Virus record (IMG/VR): IMGVR_UViG_3300045988_132810
Coordinates: 32,001 to 96,000 of that record
Length of the DNA: 64,000 nucleotides
Strand: one strand, 5' to 3'
DNA from: a virus
In this document: positions 55,393 to 64,000 of the stretch, in pieces
Layout of the letters: each line of letters begins with the position of its first letter
Numbering within the stretch: position 1 is the first letter of the stretch
Notes under the pieces: generated by a model
Told to the model about the DNA's origin: nothing
Database searches by the model: none
The model's input: only the letters and a program-made list of their open reading frames with translations
Made by a program: the position numbers and the translations under genes

Positions 55393-56805
55393 TCAGCTTA
55401 CACGTTGCCACATGTATACAGATAAGTATGGAGGCATATTATTGTGGGCTTGACCACCACCTGCTTCACTTGTTTTTGAACCTTTCGCCCAATATGTGTT
55501 TTTACTTGTAGAAGCAATACTAGTAAATCCATAATATCCTTCTGGCACACTACCATCTCCACCATCATTGCCAACATACTCATCATGATAATGAACAGGA
55601 ATTTCTTTCTCCTTTAACACATGTTCTTCTTCGCCACCAATTTCTCCAGCTTTATGCAACGCACTGTTGGCGAAAAGGAATGCACCATGTATTTCATCCC
55701 AGTTTCCGCCAAACAAAGTTGCCGGACTTGTTGCATTCGTGCTGATGTAAATAGAACCAATTGGATATGCTTCCAAAACAGACAATGGGTCTCCCTTATC
55801 TCCCTTTGGGCCTCTTAATGCCTCAAGCTGTGCTGATGTAAAATCAGCATAAGTAAATGCGTCTCCCTTTGGGCCTTTTATATTAACACTTGCAGGATTG
55901 GTTTTGCCCTTGTCATTTGTCCAACTTAAAACGCCATCTGAAGAAACAGATGGAGTGAACGTTGCACCATCAAGTGCCCCAAAGCCACCAGTTTTTATGG
56001 CATCTACAACGTACTTTTTATTTGCCGCATCATCATCATTAACAGGTGTAGCAACGGCCATTCTTGCCAAATCTGTTTCAGTTTTACCAACAAACTTTCC
56101 TGCATTTTCACCAGTACATAAAGCTGTAATCTCTTTTGATATATCTCCTCGCTGACAAATTGTGACTCCATATTTTGCGTAAAACTTTTGATCCGCAGTC
56201 AATGCACCAGCAACCTCTAAATCTCCAGAAACTTTGCCACCAGCCTTATCTAACTTCTTGTTAAACTCAGCAGAAGTCTCCGTCTTGCTATTTGCAACCG
56301 CAGTATCAGCATATTCTTTTGCAGAAGAAAGAGCTGTACTAGACTGGCCATCTGCATACGTCTTTGCGCTGGATAGTGTAGATGCATCACCAGACTCCAT
56401 GTCGCTTCTTAGCGTTGTGATTTTTCCGTCTAATTCGGTATCTTTCTGTTCAGAACTATTAGTTAGCGTTGTAATCTTTCCGTCAAGCTCTGTGTCTTTT
56501 TCTTTCATATCTGCCGATAACTGTTTAATTTCATTTTCCAATTCTGTATCTTTTTCGTTTACAGAGCTCGTCAAATTAGCAATTTTCGTATCTAACTGAT
56601 TGTCCTGCTCGTTTAATACACGGCCTTGATTTGCCGAAAGTGGTTTGTTCGACTGATAACTATTCAGTTTATCCTCGACATCTCCTTGAAGCAAAAATAC
56701 GCCATTCTGTTTTAGCTCTGGTAAATCAACAACATAATTTCCGTCTGTCAGATTTTCTAAATTATATGTTGTTCCGTTAATGTCCACAGTATTTATGTAA
56801 GGCAT
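55393..56805 (-). CDS. tail fibre protein with coiled-coil repeats and C-terminal tail-collar domain
   Basis: ATG 56805 follows GGAGGTG. Repeats KDTELDGKITTL. The C-terminus YPIGSIYIS...GGEEEHVLK..EIPVHYH...HNNMPPYLSVYMW is paralogous to that of 46976-48400. Confidence 0.8.
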   Translation of the reverse strand: MPYINTVDINGTTYNLENLTDGNYVVDLPELKQNGVFLLQGDVEDKLNSYQSNKPLSANQGRVLNEQDNQLDTKIANLTSSVNEKDTELENEIKQLSADMKEKDTELDGKITTLTNSSEQKDTELDGKITTLRSDMESGDASTLSSAKTYADGQSSTALSSAKEYADTAVANSKTETSAEFNKKLDKAGGKVSGDLEVAGALTADQKFYAKYGVTICQRGDISKEITALCTGENAGKFVGKTETDLARMAVATPVNDDDAANKKYVVDAIKTGGFGALDGATFTPSVSSDGVLSWTNDKGKTNPASVNIKGPKGDAFTYADFTSAQLEALRGPKGDKGDPLSVLEAYPIGSIYISTNATSPATLFGGNWDEIHGAFLFANSALHKAGEIGGEEEHVLKEKEIPVHYHDEYVGNDGGDGSVPEGYYGFTSIASTSKNTYWAKGSKTSEAGGGQAHNNMPPYLSVYMWQRVS

Positions 56806-56839
56806 CGTTTCACCTCCATTATTTTCCATTGTTATAACA

Positions 56840-56867
56840 AGGGGCACTCTATATAACAAGTGCCCCT
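56840..56867 (-). terminator. possible attenuator hairpin
   Basis: 8-bp stem AGGGGCAC/GTGCCCCT between genes 56876 and 56805. Confidence 0.35.
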
Positions 56868-56875
56868 GTTATTAA

Positions 56876-57625
56876 TTACAGTCCTAATTCAGACTTTAAA
56901 GCAATATAAACTTCCGACTGATATTTGCTTGGGATACTCCTGCCATAAGTAATTGCTGCAATTTTTGCCACACTACGTAATGAGCCAATATACGTTTTTA
57001 ACGAATTAAAGTACGCGACATGGTACGTTTTGAAAGCATTTGCCTTGGCAATAATCTTTTCCATATCTTCAGAAGTATAATATTTGCACAATTCCCCATC
57101 TGCATGATAGGGAATAGTTTCTGCTCCGTCTGCAACCATTTGAGACGAAGTAATTAAATTCAATTGGTCTTGTACCGTTAAAGAAAAATGATGCGATTGA
57201 TTGTCACTCAGTTCAACATCAAAACCATTTGTAATCATTTTGTTACATTCTGTTTTCATTTCTTTAACTTTTGCTTCTTTTACATAATCAATTGTGATAT
57301 CAGTGCCATCATTCTCGTTTGTCGCATCTTGTTCAGGCTCTTCTTGTTCGATCTCAATCTGCTTATTAGACCTGATAGCATTATATAAAGCCTCATATTC
57401 TTCCTGCGGAATCTCTGTAATCTGAAGCACAGGGAATTCTTTTGCATTGGAATCTACTGGCAGCATCCAAGTAGCACGATAGATCGCACCATTGCATTGC
57501 ATGTATTGAGCTTCAGACTCGTCGCATACAAGAAAAATGCCATGCTTCTTTTGAAATCGACGCATGTCTAGCGACGTTCCGATACCAACAAATTCATTGT
57601 TATTAATTAGTTTATAATATCTCAT
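56876..57625 (-). CDS. hypothetical structural-module protein
   Basis: 249-aa ORF with GGAGG upstream. I cannot make a secure family call. Confidence 0.55.
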   Translation of the reverse strand: MRYYKLINNNEFVGIGTSLDMRRFQKKHGIFLVCDESEAQYMQCNGAIYRATWMLPVDSNAKEFPVLQITEIPQEEYEALYNAIRSNKQIEIEQEEPEQDATNENDGTDITIDYVKEAKVKEMKTECNKMITNGFDVELSDNQSHHFSLTVQDQLNLITSSQMVADGAETIPYHADGELCKYYTSEDMEKIIAKANAFKTYHVAYFNSLKTYIGSLRSVAKIAAITYGRSIPSKYQSEVYIALKSELGL

Positions 57626-57640
57626 GTGTCGTCGCCTCCA

Positions 57641-60600
57641 TTAAATAGAAATACATGGACAAATACCATGAGCTCTGTTAGATGGCATATAGCTACTCAT
57701 ATCACCCTGAATGCCAACCGCTCTAAAGTAAGAATTGTACGCCACTTCTGGTGAACGTAGATAATATATGCTCGCAGTATCCCCAATAGACTTAACTCTA
57801 TCTGCAGATGAACCAAAGAATTCAATTGCTTTACCTTCGGAGCTATATGGCGCTTCGGATGTGTTAAACATTTCCACATACGACGGTAGATATACATAGT
57901 CTTTTGAATAAACAATATCAGATGCCATATTACCAGCGGTTGCAGGAATCTGCACTTGCTTAATAATTGATTTCCACTCTGTTGGGAAAGCCGCATAAAC
58001 TCTACTATTACAGAACGCTCTCATTTTAGAGTCATTCCATCCGCCAAGGTTGGTGTTCGTAGAATTCATATTGTGAGTGAGAGATAGCAAATTCGCCGGA
58101 ATGAACGAAGCTCCAGTAATTTTACTAGAATCTTGCGCACATCTATATCTCTTATCACCATAATATTCATAGCGCCAAGTTTCATGCGGCCATGCAGCAA
58201 GCTGTCTAGCCGCAGTGTCTCCAATATCATCAAGCCATACTTTGGCCCAGTGAATTGTGCCCTTACCTAGCGTTACGCTATCAATTGTTCCATTTGACAG
58301 GAACTTAAATCCACCAAGCATAATTGTCGCCTCAGTATTAGTTGTACGATTGCGCACAAGCTCTGTATAAGCCATTTCGTCAGCATAAACACCAGTTGTA
58401 GAAGCTCCAGAGTTAAACGAGTAGATATAAAGTTTACTTTCTCCCTTGCGGTGACGAAGCACAACGATATCTCTTTGGCCTCCTTTGCCTACTACTTTAC
58501 TAGTATTTCCCCACTGGATTTCTGGATTTGTACCATTATACTTTAGTCTAAATCCTTCAGAGCCATCATATTCAAAGCAAGACAATAGCGTAGCATCAGC
58601 GATATTGTCGCCAAACTCAAAATCTATAGCCATTGTAAATGAACCAGAATCTGCGCCAAATAGCTTAACGCCAGAATCTACTACTTTTGAGGAAGTGCCA
58701 TCAAAAGTAATTTCATCTCCAAGCATATGTTCTTCAACATTTGAGAACGAGAAATCCTGCCCAACACGGACGTCAAAATAGTCTTTCTGCTCGAAATAAT
58801 CATTTGCTCTCCCAGCAGTTGTTACGGCATAAATCTGTACTGGAGTCATATCTTTCAAGTCAGTTCCAGATGCTGGGAGCCCATTTTGTGTCTCCCACTT
58901 AGCATAGACGTCAGTATCTCCAGTGATATAGCCTGTGCTCTTATCCCAGCCAGTGAATAGATTATAAATATAAGAATCCTCATTATCGCTCATAGTTGGG
59001 TTGTCGCCTTCATATTCCGCAACAGCACCATATTCTACGCCAGTTTTAGTCGCAAGAACAACGCCTGCTTGCTGGAACCAACGCACAGTATATGTTCTTA
59101 CTGACTCGCTATATTTTGCTGTCACAGTTACAGGAGCAGTAACATTCACATCAATGCCATCCCAGCCAGAGAAGGTATAATTGTACTGTGCGGTACTTGG
59201 AATTGTCGGAGTGTCAATTTCACCACTTGCGACAGGATCAGTAATCTTGCCGCCTTGGTCAACATACTGAACATAATCATTGCCACTCTTGTCTTTAATA
59301 GCAGTACCATCGGAATTCATAAACGTCACTTTATACTGAGTAATAATACCATTATAAGTGACAGCTAAATCAGGCCATGCTGCCGCATAAGCATCGAGTT
59401 CTCTCTGCCTTGCTTGGCCAGCAATATGAACCTTACCAGCAAGTAAATTGTTATTCATCTTCAAAATAGCATTTAACAATTCAGTGCTTGTCACAGTCCA
59501 GTCAATGCCAGTTAAACGAAGTGTCTGCAACGTGTCAATTGCATCCTCAACAATTGGATAAGCATCAATTACAGAGTTCTCAATAGTTAACGATTCAAGA
59601 TTGTCATATGTCGCCTGTAAATCGGTTAAGTAATTTAGATTCTTAAAGCTTAAGCTATTGATTGTATTTGGTAAGTGAGCAAGTGCAATCTTACCATTTG
59701 CCGCGAATAGCACACCAGTTACAGATGTCCCCTCTGCATAAAGCTTCTCTAAGTTGCCACAGCTTGACAGATTGATCGATCCAGTCAATTTAGGGCAATT
59801 ACGAATGTCAAGTTCTTCAAGTAACGCATTGTTGCCAAGGTTTAGATTGGTTAAGAATGCATTAGAATAACCAGAAGTTTTATTGCCAATTACAAGCGTC
59901 TTAAGCTTTGAAGCCTTACTAAAATCATTATCGTGAATATAGCAAGCAGAAAGATCATTCAATGCCTGAATGCGAGAAGCACAATAAATTAGTACTGCCG
60001 TATCATCCATCTTGGTAAATGGACATTGAATTTCATAAGATTGTCCTGCCTTTGCACGAATCTGCTGTGCACTTGGAGAGTTGCCAAATAGCACAGACAG
60101 ATACATATCTGAATAAGGCACAATGTTTAGAGTGTAATTAGGTGCAACAACTACACCAGAAGGAGTATTGCATCTAAACATAATTTGATCTGCCTTGACA
60201 GTTGTAGACAGATATTTCGTTCCCATATAAGCCGCTTGGTCACGTTCAAATTGTCTACGCTGATATTTCTTACGACCATTCATCATAGACTCTAAGAAAC
60301 GAGGCGTTGGCTCTGGAGTTGCACCAGCATTGAGGCCACCACCTTGATATGTCCTGTAATACTTACGCTCAATATCAAGTCTCCAAAGCTCTTCTGGGAA
60401 TTGTGCTTGCCAATTGTCAAATTCATTAATTAGAGATGTTGCACTAAAGCAACCTTCTCCTTCAAGAGTTTGATACATTACTGCAAGCTCATCGTGGAAT
60501 AAATCACGTATCCTACACCAAAATACATTGTCTGCTGCATTAAATATATAACCCGAAGATTTATCGCCTTCGGTGCGATAGTCAGTGTCTTCCTTGCCAT

Positions 60601-60643
60601 ATGTCATGGTAAGCTCGCCACTGTTGTTAATTCCAAGGGCTGT
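57641..60643 (-). CDS. giant CotH-domain / LRR / B-repeat / LamG-like protein, exon 2
   Basis: Begins TALGINNSGELTMTYGKEDTD, completing the CotH WDYD..G motif. Followed by leucine-rich repeats (LEELDIRNCPKLTGSINLSSCGNLEKLYAEGTSVT...), B-type repeats (YKVTFMNSDG..., YTFSGWDG...) and a LamG-like segment. Confidence 0.85.
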   Translation of the reverse strand, partial: TALGINNSGELTMTYGKEDTDYRTEGDKSSGYIFNAADNVFWCRIRDLFHDELAVMYQTLEGEGCFSATSLINEFDNWQAQFPEELWRLDIERKYYRTYQGGGLNAGATPEPTPRFLESMMNGRKKYQRRQFERDQAAYMGTKYLSTTVKADQIMFRCNTPSGVVVAPNYTLNIVPYSDMYLSVLFGNSPSAQQIRAKAGQSYEIQCPFTKMDDTAVLIYCASRIQALNDLSACYIHDNDFSKASKLKTLVIGNKTSGYSNAFLTNLNLGNNALLEELDIRNCPKLTGSINLSSCGNLEKLYAEGTSVTGVLFAANGKIALAHLPNTINSLSFKNLNYLTDLQATYDNLESLTIENSVIDAYPIVEDAIDTLQTLRLTGIDWTVTSTELLNAILKMNNNLLAGKVHIAGQARQRELDAYAAAWPDLAVTYNGIITQYKVTFMNSDGTAIKDKSGNDYVQYVDQGGKITDPVASGEIDTPTIPSTAQYNYTFSGWDGIDVNVTAPVTVTAKYSESVRTYTVRWFQQAGVVLATKTGVEYGAVAEYEGDNPTMSDNEDSYIYNLFTGWDKSTGYITGDTDVYAKWETQNGLPASGTDLKDMTPVQIYAVTTAGRANDYFEQKDYFDVRVGQDFSFSNVEEHMLGDEITFDGTSSKVVDSGVKLFGADSGSFTMAIDFEFGDNIADATLLSCFEYDGSEGFRLKYNGTNPEIQWGNTSKVVGKGGQRDIVVLRHRKGESKLYIYSFNSGASTTGVYADEMAYTELVRNRTTNTEATIMLGGFKFLSNGTIDSVTLGKGTIHWAKVWLDDIGDTAARQLAAWPHETWRYEYYGDKRYRCAQDSSKITGASFIPANLLSLTHNMNSTNTNLGGWNDSKMRAFCNSRVYAAFPTEWKSIIKQVQIPATAGNMASDIVYSKDYVYLPSYVEMFNTSEAPYSSEGKAIEFFGSSADRVKSIGDTASIYYLRSPEVAYNSYFRAVGIQGDMSSYMPSNRAHGICPCISI

Positions 60644-60916
60644 CGATCTGTTACTATATAGGCTTGGCCCTATATTATGACTTACATTTCTGTAAGCGGA
60701 GCAGGTTCTTCTTTAAGCGGTCTGATTACCGTTGACCCACTCTCTGCAATTTCATTATTAGATTATAGTTGCAGTCCAGACTGTTGCATACTTCATAACT
60801 CGCGTCACAAAGCCCTTTGTACTCAGTCGTTGCAGGCGGAAAATTTCCTTCCTGAGCGTTGCCAATCTCTTGGTTTTCGCCATTAATCAACAAAGGTTTT
60901 ACAACGACAAAATTTT
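60644..60916 (-). ncRNA. putative ORF-less group I intron in the CotH-like gene (273 nt)
   Basis: Excision gives FELWDYDND|TALGINNSG in frame. The exon ends in U and the intron ends in G. 6-bp P1 AACGAU/GUCGUU with U.G at the splice site and an 8-nt loop. It shares a hairpin and its 3' end with the tape-measure intron. Confidence 0.8.
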
Positions 60917-63900
60917 ATCGTTATCATAGTCCCACAGCTCAAAACGATATTTACCATCTACACATTTAGCATAATGATAAAAAGAATTTTTCGCTCTGTT
61001 ATCGATCATAGTATATCTCTCAGTGAACACATACCAATAAAGAGCAGAATCTTTGATTACCCAATTATCAAGCTGTGTGACAAACTCTTCATCAGTAGAA
61101 GTAATTACCCATTCATAGAAATCACGCCACACCTGCTTGTTCAATGCTCTTTGTGCCTCTTGCTCTTCTGTAGTGGCAGTTGTCATTCCATCCTTCGTTT
61201 CGCCACCCATTTCATAGCGGAACTCGAATGAACCATCCCAGTCATTGTAAAGAGCGTCATAAGCAGTGTTACCAGCCTTCCACTGTTCTTTCGTGATAGG
61301 ATAAGTCATATTACCATCGCTGTCGGTTACACCAGTTTGGAAAGTACTGTTAGGTAGAGTATTGTCACTTACTTCAATGACAAACTCTTTTAGGTCAGAG
61401 ACATCATTGACTCTGGTAGCATCGGTTTTTTTTGAATCACCAATATTTCCCAGCCCGTAGAAGTGCCAATCATTATCCTTAAATTCCATATGTTTAGAAA
61501 CATCAGGATCGGTTTCTTTAATGAACACTACGCAATTTTGGAACTCCATGCTATTCTTACACTTTGGATCATTTTCCATAGCAACAGTTTTATATGGCAG
61601 ATAGTCATTATAACGCTTCTGGAGCAATGCGTTATTTGCATTTTCAGAGCTTGCGATATTCAGCTTGATGTTCCACCAGTTGTTTGGCACAGAGTTCCTA
61701 GTCAAACTAACCTTACCAGAACCATCAGAATACTTTGTTCCATCTCCAAGAATAAGCTCCGTTACATAACTCGTATCCAAAGGAATCTTGCTGATAATCT
61801 GCTTCTTGCCATCAGCACAAGCAATAATATCAATATTTCTACCAGCGTAACCATATTCGTTAGAAGTCGTTCCCTGTCCAGAAAGATAAGTGTTCATGAA
61901 CTTCCAGTTATCTAGCACCGGGTCTCCACCCTTATAGATGCATTCGACATTTACGCCTTTTACAAAATCTTTTTTGTCCTTAGTAAAACGAGGACACTCA
62001 ATCTTAATAACTCTTAACTGTGGGCATGCATTTGCCACAGATTCAGGAGTTAGCGCATTATTTTCGTTATAAATCTGATTACGATTATATCTTGCAATCA
62101 TCTCATCAGAGTCTCTTGCATCAGCAACGAAGTTTGACAAAATGTTAGAGTCAGTCAGTGAAGCACTATAAGCCTTCATCCTATAGATGTGAACATCACA
62201 ATCTGTAGAACCAATAGTAATAGGCACTGGCTCGTACTGATATAGTCTATGCGTTGAATCGTAAATCATAGGTCTTAGACCAACACCATCTTCATAGCTC
62301 ATAATGACTGCAGTCGCATCTGAATTGTCCTTATCAATTGTATTAATATTGAACTCAAATTCAATAATATCTTCCTCGCTATAAGGAATATATAGACTCT
62401 TAATACTAGACTTCAAATACGCCTCATGAACATTCATTTGCAGGCCCACAACAGTAGAATCTGCTTGGCAAGTCAGGAATGTTGCATTTGCATTACTAAC
62501 ATTCGTAGTTTTAAAAACGCATTTAAATTCAGAACCATAAACACTTGCGTCTCTCTCAAAAAGCTTATAATTGATAGTGGCAGTTGTTCCAGCCTTAACA
62601 CAGAAATACTGGTTGCCATCTTCGTCAATCTGATAGCCGCCATTGCTCCAGTCGAAGTTATTTGAAACTGTCATTGCAACATCAGTGTTTGCGTCTTTCC
62701 ACAGTCTGTCTTCATCGCTATTGGAAAGGCCAGTAGGATTAAAGTCAAATGCCAAATTTGCAGTAATTGGCTCGATAGTAATACCGAGCTCCTCAATATT
62801 CATAATAATTTTAACAGTTGTGTCTCTGCAAGTAATGAGCAAAGTATGTTCACCAACATCAGAAGATTTATATGCCCAGACATCAGAATTGCCACTCATG
62901 ACCTGAGTCGCAACAACTTTGCCGTCAACACTTCTTGTAACAGTCGGAGTTGCCGTCTTCGGGTCATAAACATAGAACTGAATATTCGTTGAATTATACT
63001 GTTTGGCAGTTACTTTACCATAATGGTCATATCTATAAACGCATCCGATAACAGGAGCATCACCATTCTCGTCATACCACATAATGTCCTTGAAGATATG
63101 CTCAGTTTCAATGCTTTTACTATTAATCGTTGCTGTAATATAGCACTCAAATAAATGCGCACCATGGGCCTGAGCTGGAATTGTATAAGACTGCAATGTA
63201 CCAGAGGAACCAGTCGAAACAGTTCCAATTTCAACACCATCAAGCACAAAATGCACAGTTTTATTTACTGCGCCATATGGAGTGTATGTGAAATTGACAA
63301 CACTATTTGCCTGATATGTAATCTTATCATTAAACGAAGATTCGAGTCTTACGTCTACCTTTTGCACAGTCCAAGACTTAACAGCAGTAGTGCCAGCAGC
63401 ATCCACAACAGTCAACGTAAACTTCTGAGTGCCAATATTGGTGTAATCAGACATATCAAACGTATTCACGCCCTGCACTAATGCACCAGTTGATAGAACA
63501 GTGCTACCAGACTTCCAAGTGTAAGTGCCATCCACAGCTTCTCCATCACTATCCACTGAAGAATAATTAAAGCTAATCTCTACCTTATCTGTCGTAGTAA
63601 CAATAACTGGAGATTCAGTAATACGCTCGACTTTAAGAGTAGTAGTAACAGTAGAACCACCGCCACCACCAGTAATTACGAATTGGCTCTTTACTTCTTC
63701 TTTTTCATCTTTAACTTCGTAAAGTGTAAAAACATTCTCTTTCTCTTCGCCAGTTGCTAGAGTAGCATTTCCATATGTAGCATAGTATGTATAACCTTCT
63801 GTGTCGATACCGTCAACGGTTTGTCTTAGCGTATCAATATTTCTACTTAGAGAAGCAATGTTTGTCGTGTTTGCTTCAATGTTTTGTGCGTTTGTGTCTA

Positions 63901-64000
63901 CAGATGCCTTAAGTGTAGAAACCTTGCTGTCAATTTGAGACTTTGTATAATTGTCTCCCCCGATAATGCAGAACTCATCATTAATATAGCGATAATGCAC
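60917..64000 (-). CDS. giant CotH-domain protein, exon 1 (5' end outside the window)
   Basis: Open to the window edge. N-terminal coiled coil, Ig-like and LamG-like regions, then the CotH-type core ending ...KNSFYHYAKCVDGKYRFELWDYDND (compare B. subtilis CotH HNYALYRS..FEVIPWDYDATWG). Confidence 0.8.

Noticed and set aside
46976-56805. A diversity-generating retroelement acting on the fibre genes, since the fibre N-terminus resembles the Mtd-type N-terminal module.
   Set aside because: The window has no reverse transcriptase, no template/variable repeat pair with adenine-specific differences, and no C-type-lectin variable region.
10323-60916. Stop-codon reassignment (TAA/TGA/TAG recoding), as seen in some gut phages, as the explanation for the four split genes.
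   Set aside because: Each intervening segment has several different stop codons in all three frames and no protein-like composition. All other long genes read through with the standard code. Precise excision restores the conserved motifs.

Overview
The window is a low-GC segment of a temperate tailed-phage genome. GGAGG-type ribosome-binding sites, anaerobic ribonucleotide reductase genes and SLH/LysM/Cpl-7-like wall-binding modules suggest a Clostridia/Firmicutes-like anaerobic host. I found no host genes, rRNA, tRNA or CRISPR array.

Layout:
- 1-19.2 kb (+ strand): early, replication and nucleotide-metabolism operons. They encode an NAD-dependent ligase, an SF1 helicase, a free-standing LAGLIDADG endonuclease, DnaE, a deoxyribonucleotidase, NrdD/NrdG, dUTPase, a deoxyribosyltransferase-like protein, a uracil/xanthine-type permease and a guanylate-kinase-like protein.
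- 19.3-21.4 kb: lysogeny module with an excisionase-like gene, a putative attP carrying TGTGGT arm-type repeats, a tyrosine integrase and a small ribbon-helix-helix (RHH) protein.
- 64.0-21.4 kb (- strand): one long late/structural module. In transcription order it encodes a giant CotH/LRR protein, many fibre genes, a holin with two endolysins, RuvC, a tape-measure protein (TMP), Dit, Tal and a fibre with an S74 chaperone.

Main result: four genes are each split by a short ORF-less intervening sequence of 210-330 nt.
- The genes are dnaE, nrdD, the tape-measure gene and the giant CotH-like gene.
- Removing each sequence restores a conserved protein motif in frame.
- In all four the upstream exon ends in U and the intervening sequence ends in G.
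- Three have a clear P1 helix with a U.G pair at the splice site. The fourth is weaker.
- One carries the classic group I 'S' element AAGAUAUAGUC.
- Two of them share a hairpin with two compensatory base-pair changes.

I read these as a family of group I introns that has spread within the genome, including into virion genes. The spliced tape-measure protein would be about 4157 aa.

Limits: all calls come from reading the sequence and remembering protein-family motifs. I ran no folding, covariance-model or database search. Splice coordinates are inferred from motif restoration and need RNA evidence.
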